Source: Gammaproteobacteria bacterium (lineage in GTDB: Bacteria; Pseudomonadota; Gammaproteobacteria; Steroidobacterales; Rariloculaceae). From it: 64,000 nt of DNA. Location: assembly GCA_022819855.1 (NCBI GenBank), contig JAJEGN010000005.1, positions 261,724 through 325,723 of the forward strand, read 5' to 3'. The notes beneath the pieces were generated by a model. It had not been told where the DNA came from, made no database searches, and saw only the letters and a program-made list of their open reading frames with translations. Both the position numbers and the translations under genes were made by a program. Below are positions 49,940 to 59,715 of the stretch, in pieces; the first letter of the stretch is position 1, and each line of letters starts with the position of its first letter.

Positions 49940-52900
49940 ATGGTCAACAAATCCAACGGTGCCGGAAAAATTGTTGCATTAAAGCAAAAGATGTTGTCGG
50001 CATCGATCGCGGCCATCGTCGGTACATCGGCGACTGCGACATTGCTAACGCCGGCATCCGCTCAGGAGGATGAGCTTGAGGAAATCATCGTCACCGGCAC
50101 GAGAATCATCCAGAGGGACTTCACGGCCAACAGTCCGATCGTGTCGATGGAGTCGCAGTTCTTCGAGAACACGAGCACGTTTGCGATCGAAACGCAGCTC
50201 AACCAGTTACCGCAGTTCGTCCCTGCAGTTACGCAGTTCGTGACCACCGAAGTGCAGAACAGTCCGACAGTCACGGCCGGTGCGAACACGATCGACCTGC
50301 GCGGCCTCGGCGTCAACCGCAGCCTGACGCTCCTTGACGGACGCCGTTCCCAGCCCGTGAACGCGCTTTTGTCCGTCGACACGAACACGCTTCCGGCTGC
50401 GGCCATCGAGCGCGTCGAAATCGTAACCGGCGGCGCGTCGGCGACATACGGCGCCGATGCCATCGCTGGCGTCGTGAACTTCATTTTGAAGCGCGACTTC
50501 GAGGGCATCGAACTCGATGTCCAGACTGGCACGACGGACGAGGGGGACGGCGAAGAGACTCGCGTTGCCACTCTCTTCGGAGCCAACTTCGAAGGCGGTA
50601 GAGGCAACGTCATGCTCGGACTCGAATTCGCCGACCGAAAGGTCGCGACCCGTGCGGGCCGCGAATTCTACGAGAAGGGTTGGGTCGACCCGACCGTGAA
50701 CGGCACTCAGTTCTTCCAGTCGAACACCTACTATCTCAACTCGTTTGCGAATCCCGTCAGCCAGGCTGCGGTCGACAGACTATTCCCGCAGTCGGCCCCC
50801 GGAACCGTGCCGCTCAATCAGGAGTTCTTTTTCAACCGCGGCGACCAGACCGTTTATCAGGCCGACGACCCGGAGGGCGCGCTCAATTACACGGACGGTT
50901 TCGAGCCGACGGCGGCCAACGGCTACGCCGACCGCAAGCTGCGCGACGATGGCACGATCGACGAGAACCAGCCTTTCAGCTATGTCTCCACGCCGCTCAA
51001 ACGGTACTCGCTATTCGGCGCCGGCCGCTATGAAGTGACCGACGACATCGAGGTGTACGCGCAGGGCAATTTTGTCCAGACATCCACAAATACGTTGTTG
51101 CTCTATTCCCCGGCGGTGACGATCTGGAACGCCACAATCCCGTATGGAAATGACCTCTACGGGCCTTCGCTAGGTCCGGGTGGCGCCACGAATCCGGATT
51201 ACCTGCCCGGAGGGAGTGTCGGCGTGAACTGTGCCCCGACGGGGGGATGTACGCAGTCCGAGGCATTCCCGGTTCCGCCTGACCTTGCCGCGCTGCTCGA
51301 CAGTCGCCCCAATCCCGATGCCGACTGGAATCTCAACAGGGTCATGGACTTCATCGGACCGCGCCGGACCGAGAACAACAGCCGCATGTTCCAGCTCACG
51401 ACAGGGCTCACGGGCGGTATCGATGCGATTGACGGCACCTGGGACATCTATTACACGCACGGCGAAACCGACACGGAGAGCAACCTGCTCGGGTTCGGCG
51501 ACCTGACCAACTGGCGCAACATGGTCGGCGCTGCCAATTACGGCAGAGGCGCTGTCGTGCCTGGCCAGGGGGTCGGCGCGGGAACGGGCCGGTGCACGAG
51601 TGGATTCCCGATCTTCGGGAATTTCGAAGTCTCGCAGGACTGCATCGATGCGGTTACCGCGGACATGGTGGACCAGACGTTTCTGTCGCAGGACATCGCC
51701 GAGTTGACCGTACAGGGCCTCGTGACCGAAATGCCGGCGGGTGAGCTCCGGTTTGCGGCCGGCGCTTCGTATCGCGAGAACGAATTTGCTTTTGACGTCG
51801 CGCATCTCAACGATGCCAACAACACCAGCACGCAGGCGATCGGTCTTTTTGCGTCGAACTCGACCACCGGTGCGACGGATGTCTCCGAAGCTTTCGTCGA
51901 GTTTGCCGTGCCGATCCTGGCAGATGCCGGTTTTGTCGAATCTCTGAGTCTCGAACTCGGCGCGCGTTACTCCGACTACAGCATCGGCGAGGAGGTTACG
52001 ACCTGGAAGGCGTTGTTCGATCTGACCGTCAGCGACCGGTTCAGATTACGCGGTGGGGCACAGCGAGCGAATCGCGCGCCGAACATCGGCGAACTGTTTG
52101 CGCCGGCCAATCAAAGCGTTGAAGGAACGGCTTTCGGCGATGCCTGTAACGCCGACAACACGACCGCTCCTTTCGGCGCGAATCCGGCGACCAATCCAGA
52201 CACCTACCAGCATGCGCAGCAGGTTTGCTCGGCCCTGATGGGTCCGGAAGCGGCCGCGGTCTGGTTCGGGACCGTGCAGGGCGGTGGCCTGCCGGGCATT
52301 ACGCTCGTGTGGGAGAGCGGTAATCCGAACCTGACATCCGAAGAGGCCGATACAGTGACGTTCGGTGTCGTGTTTGCGCTTGAGAATATCGACCTGTCGG
52401 TGGACTGGTACAGCATCGAACTCAACGACGCGGTCGGGCCAGCCGGTTACGATACGACCTACGAGCAGTGTCTGAGCCCGCAGTTCAACCCTTCCGGGGA
52501 CCCCAACAACCCGTTCTGCCGCAACATCACGCGCGATCCGATCGACGGCGGTCAGCAACGCGTGGACGTGTCGCAGGCCAACCTCGGCGTCCTCTCGACC
52601 GAAGGCGTCGACTTCCAATTGGACTGGATCACGGAACTGAGCGGCGGCGCAAGCATCGGCTTCAGCACGCTCGCGAGCATTCTGGGTGAGTTCATAACCC
52701 AGGATCTTCCGACGGCGCCGCTGCTCGATTCAGCGGGTACGGGGCGCGAAGGTGGACAGTTCGACTACCGTATCTTCAACACGCTAAATTACTTCAGGGG
52801 CGACTTGAGCCTGGCGCTCCGTCATCGTCACTACCCGTCCATCGATCACGCTTCGATCGTGATCAATCCGGCCACGACGACACGAGGCGCGGAGTCTTAC

Positions 52901-53095
52901 GACATCTTCGACTTCAACGGACTCTACCGCTTCAACGATCGCTACCAGGTCCGCTTCGGGATCGACAATTTGCTGGACGAGGATCCGGTGATCTATGGCG
53001 CAACGCCGACTTCATCCGCGCAGGGTTCGACCTTGTCGGGCTACTACGACACGCTCGGACGGCGGATGTACGTGGGCTTCAAGGCGGAGTTCTGA
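49940..53095 (+). CDS. TonB-dependent outer-membrane receptor
   Basis: ATG at 49940 lies 9 nt after GGAGGA (the track start 49931 is too close to the SD). Plug motifs EEIIVTGTRI and DLRGLG. C-terminal ...YVGFKAEF with terminal Phe. Confidence 0.9.
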   Translation: MVNKSNGAGKIVALKQKMLSASIAAIVGTSATATLLTPASAQEDELEEIIVTGTRIIQRDFTANSPIVSMESQFFENTSTFAIETQLNQLPQFVPAVTQFVTTEVQNSPTVTAGANTIDLRGLGVNRSLTLLDGRRSQPVNALLSVDTNTLPAAAIERVEIVTGGASATYGADAIAGVVNFILKRDFEGIELDVQTGTTDEGDGEETRVATLFGANFEGGRGNVMLGLEFADRKVATRAGREFYEKGWVDPTVNGTQFFQSNTYYLNSFANPVSQAAVDRLFPQSAPGTVPLNQEFFFNRGDQTVYQADDPEGALNYTDGFEPTAANGYADRKLRDDGTIDENQPFSYVSTPLKRYSLFGAGRYEVTDDIEVYAQGNFVQTSTNTLLLYSPAVTIWNATIPYGNDLYGPSLGPGGATNPDYLPGGSVGVNCAPTGGCTQSEAFPVPPDLAALLDSRPNPDADWNLNRVMDFIGPRRTENNSRMFQLTTGLTGGIDAIDGTWDIYYTHGETDTESNLLGFGDLTNWRNMVGAANYGRGAVVPGQGVGAGTGRCTSGFPIFGNFEVSQDCIDAVTADMVDQTFLSQDIAELTVQGLVTEMPAGELRFAAGASYRENEFAFDVAHLNDANNTSTQAIGLFASNSTTGATDVSEAFVEFAVPILADAGFVESLSLELGARYSDYSIGEEVTTWKALFDLTVSDRFRLRGGAQRANRAPNIGELFAPANQSVEGTAFGDACNADNTTAPFGANPATNPDTYQHAQQVCSALMGPEAAAVWFGTVQGGGLPGITLVWESGNPNLTSEEADTVTFGVVFALENIDLSVDWYSIELNDAVGPAGYDTTYEQCLSPQFNPSGDPNNPFCRNITRDPIDGGQQRVDVSQANLGVLSTEGVDFQLDWITELSGGASIGFSTLASILGEFITQDLPTAPLLDSAGTGREGGQFDYRIFNTLNYFRGDLSLALRHRHYPSIDHASIVINPATTTRGAESYDIFDFNGLYRFNDRYQVRFGIDNLLDEDPVIYGATPTSSAQGSTLSGYYDTLGRRMYVGFKAEF

Positions 53096-53140
53096 TCGCC
53101 GCGCAAGAGATGCCAGACTGAACATCCGGGCAGAACGAAC

Positions 53141-53168
53141 GGCGGGCCACTCGGCCCGCCGTTTCTTC
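53141..53168 (+). terminator. rho-independent terminator after the second TonB-dependent receptor
   Basis: GGCGGGCC-ACTC-GGCCCGCC perfect 8-bp GC stem followed by GTTTCTTC. Confidence 0.7.
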
Positions 53169-53238
53169 GGTTAAGTGCAGCGTGAAGCGGCTCCACGGAT
53201 GTGGGAGACTTGCGCCAGCAGCGTTTTACCGGGTTTCA

Positions 53239-54336
53239 ATGAGTAGCAGTCACGGCAAGGAACCGGCGTCCGACCCACGCGACCATGAGCAGTCGCCGAG
53301 CGTCGCGGAGGCGGCGCGGCACGATGCGGCCGGAAATCACGACAAGGCCGTAAGCGTTCTGAGCGCTGCCTGCCGCGATGGCGACATCGAAGCGATGACT
53401 CGGCTCGGCAAGCGCTTGCTGGTGGCCGCCGGCGCGCCGCTCGACCCGGAGCGCGGCACGGAACTCCTGACCGGGGCTGCGAACCACGGCGGCGCCGAGG
53501 CCGCAGCGCAGCTCGCCGTAATGTCGGCGATCGGCATGCACACCGAGCAGAGCTGGGACAAGGCTCTGGAGGCGATCGTGTTTTCAGCCGAACGCGGATG
53601 GCCGGCAGCAAGAGCGCAGCTTCGGATTCTCGCCGCCGACCGGGCGCTGGCAGCCAGCGAAGCCGACGAGGCGGACCCGGCGCTATGGGGCCGGCTCGCG
53701 AGCACGATCGATCTCAACCGCTGGCATAGTCCGTCTCCGGGTGCGAACCTCAGCGAGGCGCCGCTCGTGCGTCATTTTCCCGACTTTGCGTCGCCCGCAG
53801 TTTGCGACTGGATGATTGCCAATGCCCGCGGTCGCCTTGGCCGCGCGCGCGTCTACGACGCGCTCTTGCGCAAGGAAACGACCAGCGAGACCAGAAACAA
53901 CACCGCGGCAATCTTCAACCTCACGCACTCGGACCTCATCAGCGTCCTGATCCAGGTGCACATGTGCGCGAACACGGGCGTGCCGTTCCGCTATCTCGAG
54001 CCGGCAAACGTCCTGCACTACGACGTCGGCGAGGAAATCACCGAACACTATGACTTCATCGACCCGAACGTCCCGAACTACGAACAGGAGATCGCCGAAA
54101 ACGGCCAGCGAATCGTCACGTTTCTTGTCTACCTCAACGACGACTACGAAGGCGGCGAAACGGAGCTGCCCGAACTCGGCATCATCCACAAGGGCAAGCG
54201 CGGCGAGGGGCTGTTTTTCGTCAACGCGCACGAAAACGGGGAAGCCGACATCCGCACAGTGCACGCCGGCAGGCCGACCAGGCGCGGAGAGAAATGGATC
54301 GTTTCGCAGTTCATACGCAACCGGCCGACGTTCTGA
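53239..54336 (+). CDS. Sel1-repeat (TPR-like) domain fused to a 2OG-Fe(II) oxygenase of the prolyl-4-hydroxylase type
   Basis: Sel1-like repeats (GDIEAMTRLGKRLL, HGGAEAAAQLAVMSAIG). C-terminal P4H-like HxD...H context (EHYDFIDPN, RIVTFLVYLNDDYEGGET, VHAGRPTRRGEKWIVSQF). Confidence 0.78.
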   Translation: MSSSHGKEPASDPRDHEQSPSVAEAARHDAAGNHDKAVSVLSAACRDGDIEAMTRLGKRLLVAAGAPLDPERGTELLTGAANHGGAEAAAQLAVMSAIGMHTEQSWDKALEAIVFSAERGWPAARAQLRILAADRALAASEADEADPALWGRLASTIDLNRWHSPSPGANLSEAPLVRHFPDFASPAVCDWMIANARGRLGRARVYDALLRKETTSETRNNTAAIFNLTHSDLISVLIQVHMCANTGVPFRYLEPANVLHYDVGEEITEHYDFIDPNVPNYEQEIAENGQRIVTFLVYLNDDYEGGETELPELGIIHKGKRGEGLFFVNAHENGEADIRTVHAGRPTRRGEKWIVSQFIRNRPTF

Positions 54337-54448
54337 TGTGAGTATCCTGCAGGATCGACGACTGCCCGCGTCGGCGTCGACGAACGCCCGCCAAGGTGAT
54401 AGAGGTTGGACGCGGTATTCGGTCTGCGCTGCTACAATCTACCGAGGT

Positions 54449-54523
54449 GCGGGCGTCGTATAATGGTGATTACCCTGGCTTCCCAAGCCAGAGACGTGGG
54501 TTCGATTCCCATCGCCCGCTCCA
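54449..54523 (+). tRNA. tRNA-Gly (anticodon CCC)
   Basis: Cloverleaf folded by hand: acceptor GCGGGCG/CGCCCGC, anticodon stem CTGGC/GCCAG with loop TTCCCAA, T-arm GTGGG-TTCGATT-CCCAT, encoded CCA end. Confidence 0.9.
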
Positions 54524-54586
54524 CTTCATCCGATCGGCATCCGTATGCGGTTGCAGGCGCCCCCGCGGTAAGCCCGGCTGGCTAGC

Positions 54587-55633
54587 GTGGACTCGTTCGC
54601 GCGCAAGCTGATCGACTGGCACGCCGTCCACGGCCGTCACGACCTGCCTTGGCAGCTCGACCCGACGCCGTACGGCATCTGGGTCGCCGAGGTCATGCTG
54701 CAGCAGACGCAGGTGACTACCGTGGCGCCGTACTACGAGCGATTCATGCAGCGGTTTCCGACGCTCGAGGCACTGGCCGCGGCGCCGCTCGACGAGGTTC
54801 TCGCGCTCTGGGCCGGCCTGGGCTACTACGCTCGCGGCCGCAACCTGCATCGCAGTGCGCGCATCGTCATCGAAAGATGGGCGGGGACACTGCCCGATTC
54901 GCTCGACGGGCTGCTGTCCTTGCCGGGGATCGGCCGCTCGACGGCCGGAGCGATTCTCGCGCAGGCGTACGGCCAGCGCGCGGCGATTCTGGACGGCAAC
55001 GTCAAGCGCGTGCTGGCTCGTTACCATGCCGTGGAGGGCTGGCCGGGCGAGGCGGCCGTCGAGCGAACGCTCTGGGCTCACGCCGAACGCCATACGCCGG
55101 GCGAACAGATCGGCGCCTACACGCAGGCGATCATGGATCTCGGCGCGACCGTCTGCACGCGGCGGCAACCGAAGTGCGCGGTGTGCCCGGTGGTTCCGGG
55201 CTGTGCTGCGCGCCGTGCGGGAATCGAGGCGCGGCTGCCGGCGCCGCGGCCGAAACCCGCCCGGCAGCGGCGTACGGCTACAGTGCTCGTCGTGATCGAT
55301 CCCGCGGGAAGCGTGTTGCTTGAAAGGCGGCCGGAGCAAGGAGTCTGGGGTGGGCTCTACAGCTTTCCGGAGTTACCCGACGGCGAGGATGTCGAACAAT
55401 GGTGCTACCGCAAGCTCGGCGCGCACGTCAGCTCCGTGGAGGCGTGCGACCCGGTGCTGCACCCACTGACACACTTCGACCTCGTACTTGCGCCGCTTCA
55501 GATCCGACTGGCGTGCAGTCCGAAGATGGTCGGGGACGGTCGGGATCGACTCTGGCACGACCCTGCAACTGCGCAGACCGTCGGGGTCGCGGTGCCGATT
55601 GCGGCGGCGCTGCGGAGATTGGGCGACGGGTAA
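54587..55633 (+). CDS. mutY: A/G-specific adenine DNA glycosylase
   Basis: PYGIWVAEVMLQQTQV, GLGYYARGRN, Fe-S cluster loop CTRRQPKCAVCPVVPGC, C-terminal NUDIX-like domain. Confidence 0.93.
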   Translation: MDSFARKLIDWHAVHGRHDLPWQLDPTPYGIWVAEVMLQQTQVTTVAPYYERFMQRFPTLEALAAAPLDEVLALWAGLGYYARGRNLHRSARIVIERWAGTLPDSLDGLLSLPGIGRSTAGAILAQAYGQRAAILDGNVKRVLARYHAVEGWPGEAAVERTLWAHAERHTPGEQIGAYTQAIMDLGATVCTRRQPKCAVCPVVPGCAARRAGIEARLPAPRPKPARQRRTATVLVVIDPAGSVLLERRPEQGVWGGLYSFPELPDGEDVEQWCYRKLGAHVSSVEACDPVLHPLTHFDLVLAPLQIRLACSPKMVGDGRDRLWHDPATAQTVGVAVPIAAALRRLGDG

Positions 55634-55665
55634 GACAAGCCGATTCTCCAACCCGCAGGCCGCAC

Positions 55666-56067
55666 TCAGGAACCGGAACGCTGCGACCCGCCGGCGACGG
55701 CTCCCAGAGCCTGATCGAATGTTCGAACCTCTCGCACGCCCCGCCGACGGCAGCTCGCCAGATGGCACAGATCGCGCGCGCCCAGGGTGGGATGTTGCTC
55801 GTGGAGCTGTCGCGCCAGCGTCACGTCCTCGTGCTCAAGCGGCCATACCTCCACGCGGGCTCTCGAGATGAGCGACAAGGCCCCGTCGAGTGTCTCGATT
55901 CGCGCCACGGGCAGGTAGGCGTGTACAAGTTCCTGTACCACTTCCGCCGAAGTGCACAGCGGAGTCTCGTTTCGGACACAGTCCGAGAAGAACTCCCGGG
56001 CGATGTCCCGCAAGGGATGGGGACGGCCCACAGCGTACATGAACATGTTCGTGTCGACGAAAATCAC
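55666..56067 (-). CDS. vapC: PIN-domain toxin (VapC-like), paralogue of 47547..47942
   Basis: MIFVDTNMFMY N-terminus, ARDLCHLA, same length class. 4-nt overlap with the upstream antitoxin gene. Confidence 0.83.
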   Translation of the reverse strand: MIFVDTNMFMYAVGRPHPLRDIAREFFSDCVRNETPLCTSAEVVQELVHAYLPVARIETLDGALSLISRARVEVWPLEHEDVTLARQLHEQHPTLGARDLCHLASCRRRGVREVRTFDQALGAVAGGSQRSGS

Positions 56068-56339
56068 GTGGTCGATGCGCCGCGCCTTCGCGAATCGTCG
56101 ATGACGGAGAGGTGCTCGCTCCAGTCCGGCTCGGTCTCGGGACCTTCAAACGCATCGCACTGCCGAAAGAACGCCTCGAGATCTTTCGATGACTCGAACG
56201 GCTGGGACCGTTGCTGTGCAGCCAGCCGCTGATGTGCCGCTGTCCTCAGCCACGCACTCAAGGTCATGCCCTCCTTTCTTGCCTGGTGGACCAACCGATC
56301 TCGATCGTCGTCCGGGATCAGGATCTGCACTCTGGCCAT
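56064..56339 (-). CDS. vapB: ribbon-helix-helix antitoxin (VapB-like), paralogue of 47305..47550
   Basis: MARVQILIPDDDRDRLVHQARKEGMTLSAWLRTA: the same RHH layout as vapB-1. Confidence 0.75.
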   Translation of the reverse strand: MARVQILIPDDDRDRLVHQARKEGMTLSAWLRTAAHQRLAAQQRSQPFESSKDLEAFFRQCDAFEGPETEPDWSEHLSVIDDSRRRGASTT

Positions 56340-56366
56340 CGTCTATTGCACACCTTTATCATGCGC

Positions 56367-56387
56367 ATGTGTATTAAATATACACAT
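56367..56387. promoter_or_regulatory. perfect 8-bp inverted repeat ATGTGTAT-N5-ATACACAT upstream of vapB-2 (operator candidate)
   Basis: Read directly in an AT-rich spacer 28 nt upstream of the vapB-2 start. Same 5-nt spacer geometry as the vapB-1 site. Confidence 0.45.
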
Positions 56388-56675
56388 ATCCGTTCTCAGT
56401 CGTCTACCTTCAGCACACTCCAACAGCGACCTGCATTTCGCCGATAGGCGCGCGCTATAGGTCGCCCGCCGAGGTCCGGCTCCGCCTGGGAGCAGGGCGT
56501 TGGCCTCGCCGGCAAGCGCAGCTCAGCCCATACGGCCGCACAGGCGTTCTTGACATTGCCGCCGCAAGCGGATGACGATGCAAGCCCCGTACGTGCCTCG
56601 CACCGGCGGGTCGAGTCGGCCAGGCGCAGGTTCGCCGCGTGCATCAGCGCCGCCCGGATTCGAGGAGAACATTCG

Positions 56676-58427
56676 ATGGTCCGTCCGAAACCCGCTGTCG
56701 CCATTTTTCTTGGCATTTTGATCGCGTCATTCGCAGGCGCCCAACAATCGCAGTTCGTCCCCGTCACGGACGAAATGCTGCAAGACCCGGATCCCGCCGA
56801 CTGGCTGTCGTGGCGGCGGACGCTAAATCACTGGGGCTATAGTCCGCTCGATCAGATCGACCGCGACAACGTTTCGAACCTGCAGCTCGTCTGGACGCGC
56901 CCGCTGAACCCGGGCGTTCAGGAAGGCACGCCGCTCGTCTACGACGGCGTCATGTATTTCCCGCATCCGAACGACATCACGCAGGCCTTCGATGCCGCGA
57001 CGGGTGATCTCATCTGGGAATACCGCAGGCCCGTGCAGGACGACAACAACGACTACGTTCTCTTCCCTTCGATCAACCGCAACCTCGCGATCTACGGCAA
57101 TTTCATTCTCGACAACGGCGCTGACAACTACGCTTATGCTCTCGACGCGCAGACCGGCGAGCTCGCCTGGGAAACCGAAATCCTCGATTACCGGCTCGGC
57201 GGCCAGCACAGCGGCGGTCCGGTCGTCGCCAACGGCAAGGTGGTCTCGGGAAGAAGCTGTGCGCCCAGGGGCGGCCCCGAGGGCTGCGTGATCACCGCTT
57301 TCGACGCACTGACGGGTGAGGAGATCTGGCGCAGGCATACGATCCCGAGGCCCGGCGAACCCGGTGACGAAACCTGGGGCGGCATCCCCTGGGAGGAGCG
57401 CCGCCACGTCGGCACGTGGATGATTCCGAGCTTCGATCCCGAACTCAACCGGGTCTATATCGGAACGTCGGTGACGTCTCCCGCGCCGAAATTCATGATG
57501 GCCGGCAACGACGAGCAATACCTCTACCACAACTCGACGTTGTCGCTCGATGGCGAAACCGGCGAGATCGTCTGGTACATGCAGCACGTCGTCGATCACT
57601 GGGATCTCGATCATCCGTTCGAACGGCTGCTCGTCGATACCGCGGTCGCGCCCGATCCCGACGCGGTCGAGTGGATCAACCCCCGCGTTCGGCCCGGCGA
57701 AGTCCGCAAGGTCGTGACCGGCGTTCCAGGCAAGACGGGGCTCGTCTACACCGTGGACCGCGACACGGGGCAGTTCCTCTGGGCGCGCCAGACCATCGTG
57801 CAGAACGTCATCGACGAGGTGAACGTCGAGTCGGGCGCCGGAATCATCAACCCCGACATGCTCTACACGGGCGTGGGTCAGGAAAAGCTGGTCTGCCCGA
57901 GCCTCAACGGCGGCAAGAACTACCATGCGAGCACCTACAGCCCGCTGTCGGGCGTCATGTACATTCCGCTGCACAACACCTGCATGACGGCGACATCGAA
58001 TTCCGAGGTCTGGCAGCCCGATGACGCCTACGCGATCGATACGATCGTGCAGCTCCCGCCCGGCGTCGAGAACGCAGGATCCATCGAGGCGATTTCGGCG
58101 ACGACCGGCGAGACCGTGTGGAAGCGCGAACAGCGCGCCGCGACGACATCGCTCATGACGACGGGCAGCGGTCTCCTGTTCGGCGGCGATGCGTACGGGC
58201 GCTTTCGGGCCTACGATGAACTTACGGGGGAAATCCTCTGGGAGGTCAATCTGGGCTCACACGTGACCGGTTATCCGGCGACGTTCGCGGTCGACGGCAA
58301 GCAGTACGTGGCGGTCAGTACCGGAGGCTCGCTCAATACGCTGAGTCTGCTGTCGCTGGCGCCGGAGCTTCGCGCGGGGACCGCCAACAGCCTCTATGTC
58401 TTTGCATTGCCGGACCCTGGTCCGTGA
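56676..58427 (+). CDS. PQQ-dependent dehydrogenase (quinoprotein alcohol/sugar dehydrogenase beta-propeller), exported
   Basis: GAGGAG SD before the ATG at 56676; signal peptide AIFLGILIASFAGAQQ. N-terminal DPADWLSWRRTLNHWGYSPLDQI pattern and repeated propeller W-motifs. Confidence 0.83.
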   Translation: MVRPKPAVAIFLGILIASFAGAQQSQFVPVTDEMLQDPDPADWLSWRRTLNHWGYSPLDQIDRDNVSNLQLVWTRPLNPGVQEGTPLVYDGVMYFPHPNDITQAFDAATGDLIWEYRRPVQDDNNDYVLFPSINRNLAIYGNFILDNGADNYAYALDAQTGELAWETEILDYRLGGQHSGGPVVANGKVVSGRSCAPRGGPEGCVITAFDALTGEEIWRRHTIPRPGEPGDETWGGIPWEERRHVGTWMIPSFDPELNRVYIGTSVTSPAPKFMMAGNDEQYLYHNSTLSLDGETGEIVWYMQHVVDHWDLDHPFERLLVDTAVAPDPDAVEWINPRVRPGEVRKVVTGVPGKTGLVYTVDRDTGQFLWARQTIVQNVIDEVNVESGAGIINPDMLYTGVGQEKLVCPSLNGGKNYHASTYSPLSGVMYIPLHNTCMTATSNSEVWQPDDAYAIDTIVQLPPGVENAGSIEAISATTGETVWKREQRAATTSLMTTGSGLLFGGDAYGRFRAYDELTGEILWEVNLGSHVTGYPATFAVDGKQYVAVSTGGSLNTLSLLSLAPELRAGTANSLYVFALPDPGP

Positions 58428-58539
58428 ATACCGTGCGAGACAGGATCAACCCGACGAGCCGAGCCCAGTGTTGCGCCCGGCAGTTTCGGCACTCGCCCAT
58501 TTGCTTCGATGCCACTCGACAACCACCGGAGGTCATGCC

Positions 58540-59715
58540 ATGACAAACCGGCGTACATTCCTCAACACGGCCATGGGGCTCGCGCTCGCTGCGCGCCTGC
58601 CCTCGGCGCGGGCGGCCACCTACGACCTCATTATCAAAGGCGGACGCGTCATCGATCCGTCCGTCGGGCTCGACGCCGTGCGCGATATCGCGATCGCAGG
58701 CGGGCGTATTGCGGCCGTCGCCGTCGATATCGGCGACGATGCCGACGAGGTGCTCGATGCGAGCGGGCAGATCGTCGCGCCCGGACTGATCGACGTTCAC
58801 ACCCACGCCGGGCGCGACGCCGAAGGCCCGGCGCTCGCGCTCAGGGACGGCGTCACGGGTTTCGTCGACGCGGGCTCGGCCGGCGCCGACAACATTGACG
58901 CGGTCGCCGACGTCATCCGCAACGCGCCGCAGACCGGCTGCGCGCTCGTCCACATCGCGCGTACCGGCGTGGTATCCGACGGCGAGCTCCACGACCTCAA
59001 TCTCGCCAACGTCGCGCTCGCCCAGGGCGCCATCGCGCGGCACCGGGATGTCGTGGCGGGTATAAAGATCAGGCTCTCGGCCAACGTCACGGGTCCGAAC
59101 GATCTCGAGGCGCTCAGGCGCGCTCAGGAAGCCGCGAGGCCCTTCGGCCTCCCGGTCATGGCGCATGTCGGCCAGAACCACTCGCCCATGCGCGCGATTC
59201 TGCCGTTGCTCAAGCGCGGCGACATCGTCACGCACATGTACGCGCCGCCGCCGCACGCGATCCTCGACGAGGACGGGCAACTGTTTCCCGAGGTCGCTGC
59301 GGCGCGTAGAAGAGGCGTCATTTTCGACTTCGGTAACGGCCGGATCGGTCATTTCACCTGGGACATGGTCCGGCGTTCGATGGAGCAGGGCTTCTGGCCG
59401 GACACCATCTCGACGGACTGGAACATCATGTCGAGCACCTCCGGTGTGGTCGACTTCCCGAACTGCATGTCGAAATTCCTCATGTTCGGCATGCCGCTTG
59501 CCGACGTCATCGCCTGTGCGACGATCAACGCCGCGCGCTGCTTTCCGGTTTTCGAGGACCGCGGCACGCTCAATGTCGGCGCTCCGGCCGATGTCGCCAT
59601 CATGGAGCTGCGCGAAGGCGAGTTCGAGTTCGTCGACAACTACGAGGGCACGCTCACCGGTCGCGAGCGGCTGTTTCCGTCGGCGACCGTGCTCGGAGGG
59701 AGGGTCGTCGGATGA
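58540..59715 (+). CDS. Tat-exported amidohydrolase-superfamily metallohydrolase (dihydroorotase/deacylase-like)
   Basis: GGAGG SD; twin-arginine signal MTNRRTFLNTAMGLALAA; metal-binding GLIDVHTH motif. Confidence 0.8.
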   Translation: MTNRRTFLNTAMGLALAARLPSARAATYDLIIKGGRVIDPSVGLDAVRDIAIAGGRIAAVAVDIGDDADEVLDASGQIVAPGLIDVHTHAGRDAEGPALALRDGVTGFVDAGSAGADNIDAVADVIRNAPQTGCALVHIARTGVVSDGELHDLNLANVALAQGAIARHRDVVAGIKIRLSANVTGPNDLEALRRAQEAARPFGLPVMAHVGQNHSPMRAILPLLKRGDIVTHMYAPPPHAILDEDGQLFPEVAAARRRGVIFDFGNGRIGHFTWDMVRRSMEQGFWPDTISTDWNIMSSTSGVVDFPNCMSKFLMFGMPLADVIACATINAARCFPVFEDRGTLNVGAPADVAIMELREGEFEFVDNYEGTLTGRERLFPSATVLGGRVVG

